From the NCBI GenBank assembly GCA_022813965.1, contig JALDZS010000106.1, positions 58,087 to 78,086 of the forward strand: 20,000 nt of DNA, given 5' to 3'. Numbering within the stretch: position 1 is the first letter of the stretch; every line of letters begins with the position of its first letter. Below the pieces are notes generated by a model, which searched no databases, was not told the origin of the DNA, and was given only the letters and a program-made list of their open reading frames with translations. Source of the stretch: Toensbergia leucococca. Its lineage: Eukaryota. Positions 1-10,022 of the stretch are shown one piece after another. A program made the translations under genes and the position numbers.

Positions 1-272
1 GAAAGTCAATTGGTATTGGTTTGTGGTTGGGGGGGTTGATAAGAGGAGAGGGGACCCCGCTTATAATCTTTCTTTCTCAAATTGTTGTATCATTCACAAG
101 CAGCCTGTTGATTCCGCTTTTGCGGGGGAGGAAAAAGGCAGTCTGGGAATTGGAAGTCGGGTTTTGGCCATTGATCTGACGAATTTTCTTTCTTCGTGAC
201 TGGCGATATTCTTGCTCAATCGACTTTGGACTTCTGGGCCGGGTCAGGGTTTGATATAAGCGTAGGAGGAAG

Positions 273-1809
273 ATGACGATGATGAAGCCAACGAGGTTGC
301 TTTGGGCGAGGCCACTTCGGCCCTTTGGGATACATGCCTTCGTCACTCGACATCAATACCGGCGTCTGCATGATAGCCGGCCCCATCGCGAAGCTAGCAC
401 CGCTGCTTTCGAGACTCAGCGTCTGGCTAGCGACTCGATCACATCTACCCAGCCATCAGAGACGGCGTGCAAAGCTCCTCTTTCCCTTCTCCCGTCAAGT
501 ACTCTGATCCGTTCATATCTAATCACCTACCTTTCTTCCACCCCATTGCTTCTCACCCCAGCTCTGAAACTTCTCTCCATCCTGGCTCATTCTCAGTCGC
601 CGGTTCTGAGTCCGGATCGGAATCCTGTCTTGAGGTATTTGCTCAAGAAGACCTTTTACGCACAGTTTTGTGCTGGAGAGACGGAGGCGGAGGTTAGGAG
701 AACTGTGCTGGGGTTGAAGGGGATGGGATACAGGGGTGTGATTTTAGGTTATGCGAGAGAGGTTTGCTTGGGAGAGGGAGAAGTGGGCGCTTTGGGGGAA
801 AAGATGGGTGCGTCAGGTGTAGATATGGAGATGGAGGCCTGGAAGAAGGGGACTCTAGAGACGGTGAGGTTGGCCGAGGAGGACGACTTCGTTGCATTAA
901 AGTATGAATATCCTAAAAGAAAGATACATGTCTCCTACTTTATGCTAACCTCAATCTTGAAGATTCACTGGTGCTGGAAGACAAGCTCTGAGTCAGCTTT
1001 CTAAAAGTCTCCCTCCAGATGAAGGTCTTGAGGCTTCCATAATCGAGATATGTGAGCTTGCCAAAGCTAGGAATGTCCGCCTTCTTTTCGACGCTGAGCA
1101 ACACGCGCTCCAAAAGGGTATTGATGCATGGACAATGGCCTTCCAGAGGAGATACAATAGCAGAATATCTAGCAAAGCCGTCGTGTATGGAACATATCAG
1201 GCCTATCTCCGATCAACGCCTGCAAACCTTGCTGGTCATCTTGCAGTTGCCAAAGCCGAAGGTTTTACACTCGGTGTCAAACTTGTCAGAGGGGCATATC
1301 TTGGCTGCGATCCCCGTCATCTGTTTTGGGGTCAGAAAGAAGAGACAGACAGGGCGTATGACGGTATTGCAGAAGCGATGATGCGAAGGACATACAATGA
1401 CACGTTAACACCCCCAAACGGAACGTCTAAGAAAGACTTTCCCGAAGTGAACCTAGTGTTGGCATCCCACAATCAAGAGACCGTTCGCAAAGCAATGAGC
1501 GTTAGGACAGAACAGATTGAAAGAGGGGATGAGCGAATTGACATGATATATGGGCAATTGATGGGGATGGCAGATGAAGTCAGCTGCGAGTTGGTGATGG
1601 CTGGAAAAGACGAAAAGGCGCTGGAAATTAACGGGAATTTGGCCCCTGAAGTACCCAAGGCATACAAGTATCTCGTTTGGGGGACAGTGGGAGAGTGTGT
1701 CAAGTACTTGCTAAGAAGAGCGGAGGAGAATAGAGATGCGGTGGCAAGGACTAAAGAAGGTTGTGTTGCCCTTAGGGCAGAACTAGATCGCAGGTTCTTA
1801 GGCTCGTGA
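273..1809 (+). CDS. PUT1: Proline dehydrogenase (proline oxidase), mitochondrial; exons 273-901 and 963-1809, ~491 aa
   Basis: Intron 902-962 (GTATGA...GCTAAC...AAG) joins two ORFs to give ALKFTGAG. PRODH motifs: FYAQFCAGE, LFDAEQ, YGTYQAYL, GVKLVRGAY, ASHN, GQLMGM, YLLRRAEEN. The Arg-rich N-terminus resembles a mitochondrial presequence. Confidence 0.95.
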
Positions 1810-2234
1810 AATCGGTCCATAATCTTCAAACCTCACTGCTTACACTTCCGATCTTGGTAAACTGTTATTCGCCACGTGTCTTCATCCATACGACACATCG
1901 TCGTGCCCTTGAAACATGGCATTCCAAAGCCTAGGAGCAGCAGAAACCCTACCATCTGGCCAAATAGCCGTCATCAGTGTCGCTGTCGCAGCAAACTCCT
2001 TACTATCTGATGTTGTCCGCCAGCAGTATAAGGACTACGAAAAGAAGCTGCAGAAGAGAGTTTAAAAGCAGACTTATAGCCCGCTTCTTAAGTTGGAAAA
2101 TTCTCCAGAGGGATTCTTATTATTTCTCCACCACTGACCTTATCCTGATAATTGACAAAAATGGCCTCGTTATGCTTCCCTCACAATGTCAATGTTGGGT
2201 TCTTGTTTTTGAAGGCGCTTGACTTTGTAAATAG

Positions 2235-3310
2235 AGCCCATGCTCATGTACGTTATGTTCACAATGCGTATGGCCCGTGCTGTACTAATATTGGTCTCTC
2301 AGGTCGAGGGGCTCGACCCTGAGGCTGCAAAGCGACTAGTTCAGGTTAACCATGAAATTTACAGAATATTCCGGTACTTGGATATCGACGAAATTGAACC
2401 AATGCCAGAGCCTGCTCATTACCCGTGTATAAGTTTCGATGAGAATTCAAAAATCATTGGCGCCAAAGAGTCCTCCCTCGGAACTGAAAGTGCTGGGCAG
2501 GATAAGAGCATAGAAGCGGTTCTGAACGCGAGACACAGTGAAGCGATTACTAGAGAAGAAGTCACGGCATCCAACTCAAAGCAAAGTTCCACGTGGGCAG
2601 ACATCGCGGCGCTTCCAAAACGCAAAGCTCTAGGCCCAGCTCGGAAGTTAGACATAGGAGTAGGTCCAAACAAAGCAGCTGAACAGAGGTTCAGCTACAA
2701 TGAGTCTTCCGCTCAGCAGCAACGTGTTGTTCTTGTCCATGGTCTAAGGAAAGGCATGACGCTCCGAGAGGTCACTGAGAAGATCTCACAGGGTGCCTTG
2801 GTGTCGGTCAAACTGGAGAACGATGCCAAGTACCCTCCTATGTCAGCACGTATCATCTTTCAGTATTCATCTAGTGCCACCTATTTTCTTGAAGCGAATG
2901 CATTAGAAGTGCAGAGAAGCGGACACTCTCCGTATGGACCTGGCGTAACAGTCAGCTTAGGAGGCTTATGGTCAGACAAGGACATAATTCAAGCCATGGA
3001 ACCGTCAGAAAACAAGCGGCGCCGTTTGACTTTTAGTATGCGTAAGATGTTTCTTCGAACGACAAGAGACAAATTGATAGAAGACATGACGCAGCTGGTT
3101 GGAGAAGAAAATATTGAGATGGTTTTCAAATTTGACGGTGGGACAGCAACAGCGATACTGTCTAGTGTTGAAATTGCAGATAAGGCAAGGAGACATTTCC
3201 AGCATTTGGCAAAACAGAAAGGACGATACGAAGGCGTGAAGGTAGACTTCTCAAGTGATCCGTGTGAGAAAGAGCTCCAGTGGATGGCTCAGATGCACCA
3301 TGGACCTTGA
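2235..3310 (+). CDS. Uncharacterised fungal protein with two divergent RRM-like segments; 5' exons unresolved
   Basis: Main exon 2303-3310 is open. Probable intron 2248-2302 (GTACGT...CTAAT...CAG) is preceded by a possible 13-nt exon at 2235-2247. RRM-like patterns: RVVLVHGLRKGMTLREVTEKISQGALVSV...SARIIF and RRRLTFS...TATAILSSVEIA...VKVDFSSDPCE. Confidence 0.65.
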
Positions 3311-4407
3311 GGCAATAAGCCAGCATCATCCGAGACTCAGGCGAGAGAAAATTGAAGTAAGAAAGGCGATGAGGGTAAGTCTAGACGGGTGTTTTTGGTT
3401 CCATGTAAATAAGAAATGTAATTGATCTGGATGCAAACGCGATCGAGGATGGTCATCGTTGATAGTCAGCCCTATAAAGATCACCTAGTTCTAGTTCTAG
3501 TTTGGTTTAGCGTTATTCTAGAATATCCAGAGGACATTTCAATTCTCGATGGCGAGCAAGGTATTCTATTTACGGATAGAATTTACACGAGTACTCGTTC
3601 CTTCAAGATACCTCGATAGCATGTTATTCTGGAGTGCATACTCAGATTCAAAAGAAATTATCCAAGGCATTTTCATCACGGCTGGAAGATGTACCACAAT
3701 TGGTTGAAGACGTTTCATCTTCTAGCGGCTCCAATCCTGTTCCCGAATCTTGACTTATTCTCTAGGTACTGCCTCGTAGAATATTTACAAGCTTTTTGCC
3801 TAGATTCAGGGTCACTGCGGTGGGGGGCTGATACCTTACAACGAATGATCGGCCATGCAGACCGGACATTAAATAGCGTTTCAACGCAAGCCAACCGCGG
3901 TTTTGAGAGACTTGTAACTTGGCTGCATCATTTCTCCCGCGTACCGCATAGGCGCATCAATAGACCAAGGCCGAGCTTGAGCCTTGAAACGTCGCAACGT
4001 GCAACAGTTCCACGCCAAATCGAACAATCGTCATCTTCCCCGTGCGGGCCATGTCTTTGATCTACCCTCTCTCCGAATGTTACTCGTCCTGGCATGCCAT
4101 GCCAAGGTATTCTAGTGACGGACATGGTGGAGCATTCATTGTATGTGGGTACCTAGGGACTCTGTGGTGCCCGGACCTCAAAAAGCACACACTTGGTCAA
4201 ATCCGAGGTTGCTGAGGCCCAAGGGTCTGACATATAGCCGCCATAAATTGCGAGATTGCGTGGTCATTTCATTTCAAAACACGCATAGCTTCATCAAGAT
4301 GGCTGGTGTTATCCGGTCAAGCAAAGCATCATCTTAAGGTATGCTAAATAGCATCAACCCCCGCTCTTGAATATGCGCCTATCAGTCGCTTTAGGATCTT
4401 GATTGCA

Positions 4408-5479
4408 ATGCACCTTTCCCTCCTTCTCGCTGTCTCATGTTTAGCTGCTGGCAGCTTTGCTTCACCGTTTGCCAAAAGAATTGGTGGTCCTTTTCCCAAA
4501 AGAAATGCCACTGGTATAAGCTGTCCCCCCGATTTCCGCAATGTAGTCTTCAACACTGATGCTCCGGCCAATTCTGGTTGGCCAGGAACCACCTGGACGA
4601 GCATCAAGGCAGCCGGAGTCTCGAATTGGAGTATGTCCACATTTCTCTCCTGCCTCCTTTCTCTGCAATTCATGCTGATGAAGTCTTGGCATGTAGTTGG
4701 CTTCACCCAAGAATCAATCAGCCTCAATCCGCACTACGATGTCCAGGGCAAATCCGCAAAAATCGTGCCAGATGTTGATAACACTCAAATCAAAGTTTGC
4801 ATGGACTACACACACGTGGACGACGCTATGAAAATGATCACCTCTTCTGCTCCCCCAACCTACCTTGAATTGTACAATGAACCTGACTACTCCTACATGG
4901 GCATGACTCTGACTTCCACCTACCAAGAGGCTGCATCTAACCTTTCGGCTCTAATTAACACCCCAACCACAACCAAATTCATCTCGCCAGCTGTCGCTTT
5001 CACCAATGATGTTTGGCTTGGAAATTTCTTCGATGTATGTGCTGGCTGTCTGGAGAAGGTCGATATAATATCTGCGCACATATACAATCCAATCCCAGCA
5101 CAAGCTTTGCTGCAAGTCACGACGCTACATGGGACGTTTCCAAACCATACAATCTGGATTACCGAGTTGGCTCCTGCCAGTAGTGATACACAGGGATGTG
5201 AGCTAGATGAGAATGGCATGATCAATTGGATGCAGACACTTTTACCAGAGCTCGTGGCACTAGGCTATGTGGAGAGGATCTTTTGGAATCATGGAGAGAA
5301 CGTGAGTTTACTCGAGGAAATTCGAACAAAAAAGTGGAGCACAGTTGACTAATGTGTCAATGCTTGCCGTTCAGAGCAACATCTATGCCGACGATCCGGC
5401 AAAGTGCAACCCAAGCTTGACGAACGACGACGGGACGCCAACTCCTTTGTTGAACGCCTACGCGGGTATCTGTTCATGA
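4408..5479 (+). CDS. Secreted glycoside hydrolase, GH128/Asl1-like beta-1,3-glucanase (clan GH-A); exons 4408-4630, 4697-5301, 5375-5479, ~310 aa
   Basis: Signal peptide MHLSLLLAVSCLAAGSFA followed by two KR sites. Motifs: acid/base YNEPD, ISPAVA, SAHIY, nucleophile IWITELA, VERIFW. Introns 4631-4696 (GTATGT...TAG) and 5302-5374 (GTGAGT...CTAAT...CAG). Confidence 0.85.
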
Positions 5480-6341
5480 CCTGCGAGTGCCAAGCTGGAA
5501 CGCTGACATTGTGGTGGGAACTTCTAACATAATCAAGGCTTTTTGGAATGACGGTAATTATTGCTGATATTGTGCTGCTTCATTGCAAGTCTGGACTGCA
5601 GCGCAAGTTCCGAGGGGGGTTTAATCAGGTCGTAAATACGATTGTAATAATTTCCATTGTTGATTGTATATTCGTCTTTTCATACCCCAAGCAACATCGT
5701 TTCTCGTGGTCAATGACTTGGGGCCATGACCTTGGAGTCAAATGTCAGACTCCTTACATAACTTACTACACTGGCAAATTCCAACATTTGATTTTCATGT
5801 CCTGTTCGTATTACTCTCTCCTACTGTTCCAAGAATCCGATTCAAGAGTTCAAATAGCCTTGGTCAGCTTAATACATTGGCTAAGGTACGGTAGCTGAGC
5901 CGCATGAATACTGGTGATCAAAGTCTGGGGTATACTGATTATTTGTTTCTAGGACTGACTTAGAATCACCATCTACATTCATCCGTTGATTGACAGCTCT
6001 ATCGGCTCTTACTGGTGCCTTCAAGATCCGCCTTTCAGAGCTCTGGGACGTCACGATACACGTCAACACTTTATTCGATACTCCCCATCTATGATCTCCA
6101 GGGTGGAAGTCCATGTTCTCCATTTCCATCGCGCCCCGTAGTGCATCATGCTTAATCTATCAATCAATATAGATACCTTGGCCTATTCTCAAAGCACGTC
6201 CCTAATCAGATTGTGCTGTTATATGAGCTTTATCCCCATTCATTCATTGAAGTCATTACTCACTTTTCACGTAAATACTCTCTCTTTGTCATCAGGATGT
6301 GTTATTCTCACCAAAATTCCTAACCGTTTCTAAATCCGAAC

Positions 6342-6460
6342 ATGAAGCTCAACCTTCTTCCCAACATTTGCAAAACGTCGGCTGGAATTGCTCGGCCTGA
6401 ATTCAAATCTACTGGCAAGACAGTCATCGTGACCGGTGCCAATGTGGGCTAGGTCTTGCA
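6342..6460 (+). pseudogene. Truncated remnant of a short-chain dehydrogenase/reductase (N-terminal Rossmann motif only)
   Basis: ATG 6342 reads ...KSTGKTVIVTGANVG then TAG at 6450. The DNA GGC-TAG-GTC-TTG is one base short of GGC-CTA-GGT-CTT (G-L-G-L), which would complete TGANxGLG. Confidence 0.65.
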
Positions 6461-7184
6461 GATTGGATCTGACAAGGCGTGGGTTGAAAAGTTGCACGAG
6501 CTATTTTCGACCTCCTTTTCAACAAGACCACTGAACAGAGAACCAGAATATATGTATCGGCAGTACATTTGGGAGCTGAAGCACACGGTGGTTGCACAAG
6601 ACTATTGCATTGACAAGGTCAATTTCCGAGTCAACTTTCTGAATTCTAGTATATGATTGAATTATGAACTTCGGTAACATGATGGCTGACCATTCTTGGC
6701 TCAAAAGTCTAGAGAACGTGTTACAAGCAGTAGAGGTCAAGAGATATGCAGCAGCTAGTATGGAGAGAGATCGTCGCCGCCCTGAAGAGCATGCTTCCCG
6801 CCGTGGAAACATTCCAAGCTAGCGTAGACCCCGGATGCATGGTGTGAGATTATATGAAATAAAAAGGAGTTAAATTCATTGTTTTTCTATTTACTGAAGC
6901 TCTTTTACATAGCTATGAAATCACATACAAACTTTAGTATCTCACAATTCTTTAATCGAAGATTTTCTTACTTTTATCCTAGAATTTATTATAGCAAGTG
7001 GTGTGTTCATAAATGATACTGCCATCAAATTCAACATTGAGCTTCAATGAAAATTGGGTCTCGGCCAATACTCTTATCTAAGGTACCCGACTGGCTATGA
7101 GATCCACCTGTACGCGGTGCCGGCTACGAACCTATTGGTACTGCTTGCAGTATTCAGCAGAGCCTAGAGATCTCCACATCGACT

Positions 7185-7352
7185 AGGTCTATCAACGCGA
7201 TAGATCTACAAAAAACACGACTTCGAAAGCCCATTGCACAGCATGAATGGCCAGCCTCCACCCCCAACGATCAGGTCTATCCACTCGTGAATAGATCTAC
7301 AAAAAACACGACTTCGGAAGCCCATTGCACAGCATGAATGGCCAGCATCCAC
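7185..7352. repeat. Direct repeat, two copies, 91-bp period
   Basis: The ~62-bp core ATAGATCTACAAAAAACACGACTTCG(A/G)AAGCCCATTGCACAGCATGAATGGCCAGC(C/A)TCCAC occurs at 7200 and 7291 with 2 mismatches. Each copy is preceded by AGGTCTATC (7185, 7273). Confidence 0.95.
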
Positions 7353-8047
7353 TCTATCAACTTGATCTACGCGTAGATAGATCAACATACACTGAATCTG
7401 AAGCTCAGCTTTCAATGCGCCATGCCCGCGCCAACAGCTATCGATAAGAATCTAATAGAAGTTCATGAGTAAGGCAACTTCTCATCCTGAGTATCTACGT
7501 CAATATTCTTGGCCTATGATGAATCACACTGTCAAGGATTTTGGGTCAGGCAGCAATGCAGGATTTCCTCGCACTCAATCACCTGGGTGTGTGCAGTCAT
7601 AGACGGACTTTTAGCTGTATACCCCCCAGAAACACGTGAGTTTTTCACCTGACATAAGGTTTTCTCGCACATATGTATCTTAGTTGCCATAGCCTCAAGG
7701 CTGCATGCAGAAATGAAGAAATAAAAATAAAAATAAAATTTAAGGTACCCTGGCACGCCTGGGAAAATCATGATGTTTCATTACACAGCATGACGATCCT
7801 TTGATGATAAAATACTGGCGTACACAGCCCTGGCTGTGCTGTGCACCAAGAGGATTTATCCTCTGGCAATGACGTTCGTCCCTTCCTTGTCTTGGTACAC
7901 GCACACTACCATTGATCAGTTTCCCAAACGTGGATCATTGACTTTGCTTCTGCCCAAAGCATTACAACCTAGACGCTTCTAGCTAGAGAAGACTCACATT
8001 CTCTCTATCGATATTCGGAATTGACCAAGCGACCCTTACTCAAAAAG

Positions 8048-9623
8048 ATGTTGGGCGTGGAAGCTCTCGTAGCCTTTGGCCTTGCCAGTAATGTGGTACA
8101 ATTCATCGACTTCGGCACCAGGCTCTGCGGCCGCATCAAAGAATATTACACAGCTGTGGGGGGAGTACCCCGAAAAGTCCAAAACCTAGTGGAGCGATTG
8201 TCTCTTGTGCTAAGAACACTCGAAGGCATCAGTGCCAACGGAATCGCCTTTGAAGAACAGGAACAGAAAATCATCCATTCATGTTTTTCTCGAGCTCGAG
8301 AATTGGGTTCTTTGCTCGACAAGCAAAAGTCCCATAAGACTAATGCCCTCGCTTGCGTGGAGGTGCCGTGGAAGGCTTTCAAGTCTTTAAATGGAGAGGA
8401 GAGATTGGAGGAGTCTCAGACGTCTTTGGAGAGGCTTCTAGTGCTACTAGGTTTGCAGCTTCAAGCGCGAACAGCGTATGTCTCTTGTTATTGAGCCAAT
8501 TTTCGACACTAAGGCTGGAAAACAGAATCAATGTGGATGACAATGCCGAGTTTGTTGTGCGCCAGTTGACTGATATGCAATTGACGATGCAATCCGAATT
8601 TCATCCAGACGAGGATATATGCCCGAAAATTGAGGTCTTGAAATGTACGTATCTCTAAAGTCTTAAGAATATCCCATGGATTGATATTTCATCAGCTCAG
8701 CCAGAGCCCATCACTCCGACGATTCGTAGTCTTGGATTGGTGGATAGAGACGATTCATTCCATACTATTGAAGACGGTCCTAGAAGCATCAGGAGGCTAA
8801 GGAGATAGCCCATTGGCTTTGATGCGAGCGATATGACTCGACTACTCTGCTACCTCAAATCCGACATTTGCCTGAATCTGCGGTATTCCATGTCCTGGCA
8901 AGATGAGTGCAAATCAGTCTTGGCAAGCTCGCCGAACCCCTGAAAATTACACACTGCCAGGACATGGGCTATAGAATGCCCACCTGGGTAATGAGGCTAG
9001 ATCATCATCTGGACGAATCAAGGCTTACAGCGCTGCCTGTAGCTTGGATGCGGTGAAACCCAAAGAATTTTCGATTTTCAAGACGCTTACAGCACGGTCA
9101 CAGCACGGTCACCTGCAATCAAACCAACCGCCCGTGCCTCGCAGCCATGAAAATCAGTCCCGATACAACAACAGCACTCTCACAGGATCATGAAACACTG
9201 ATATCAGAATCTTGGCGCCCCCATTCTCTCCCACTCAGAAACCCACTTCGAGTACCTGCACCTCTTCCACCGAATCTCCTAGCAGGCACAACTTCCTTCA
9301 CCCACCAATCAAGACCCAAAGCCCCCCGTCACCAACAAAGTACAAAAACTTTGCTCGACTTCAACCCAAAGACAGATCCCAAGTCGAAAAACAACCTCAT
9401 CACGATTCTCCCGCAAAACAAGCAGCACCCCAAACCCCAGCGCTCAACTCACCCCACACAACAACAACAACAACAACAACAACAACTAAAAACAACGCAT
9501 CCAATAGCATCACAGCAACAAAGTCATCCTCCAGGAACTCATCCATCAACAAACAAAGCCCCCCCCCGCATGAAAAACCCCGACCCAGAACATTCCAAAA
9601 CCCAGCTGTGCGGGACGAAATAA
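8048..9623 (+). pseudogene. Disrupted gene with an N-terminal SesA/HeLo-like (fungal STAND N-terminal) domain and a non-NACHT C-terminus
   Basis: Exon 1 begins MLGVEALVAFGLASNVVQFIDFGTRL, a typical fungal NLR N-terminal signature. Introns 8476-8525 (GTATGT...CTAAG...CAG) and probably 8645-8695 (GTACGT...CAG). The exon-3 frame has stops at 8806, 8941, 8989, 8992, 8998 and 9040, plus an 11-bp duplication at 9089-9110. Confidence 0.6.
9459..9485 (+). repeat. (CAA)9 microsatellite (polyQ in the 9147-9623 frame)
   Basis: Nine perfect CAA units read directly from the sequence. Confidence 0.95.
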
Positions 9624-10022
9624 AAGCACCCAGAAGGAGCAATGTGCATAATCCATATAGCGAACGGAACCGATTCCAGGTGTCCCCCCCCTTTTCGAAA
9701 TGTCTCATGGCTGTATTAGCAAGGGAAACGGGGCGCCCGCGTCAATGGTAGGTCTCTTTGGCCGCACATGGCGGTAGCGAGTAGAGAATTTCGCATACGA
9801 TGTTTGTGTCTAGGGCAGGGTGAAGGTGGTGGTGGGGGGGAGTACGGACAGATGGTGAAAGAGAATGAGAGAGGCGGATGAACGTATGCAAGTTATACCT
9901 ACTATATACCTACCTATATACCGGGGCGGAAGATACACACGTCCCCACCTGCAAGCCATTCTTCCGTCCAACAAAATACACAGAAAACATCCCCAGCATC
10001 CCCTCAAACCCATCCCCCCTCA

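Noticed and set aside
3422..4337. Short ORFs between the RRM-like gene and the GH128 gene
   Set aside because: No domain signature or consistent splice model in any frame I read.
5548..6333. ORFs of 61-116 aa downstream of the GH128 gene
   Set aside because: Composition typical of non-coding DNA and no recognisable family.
9212..9751. 179-aa Thr/Ser/Pro-rich ORF and its antisense poly-Val ORF
   Set aside because: Explained by C/A-rich low-complexity DNA and the (CAA)9 tract. The 9147 frame fits the pseudogene better, though a later frameshift into this frame cannot be excluded.
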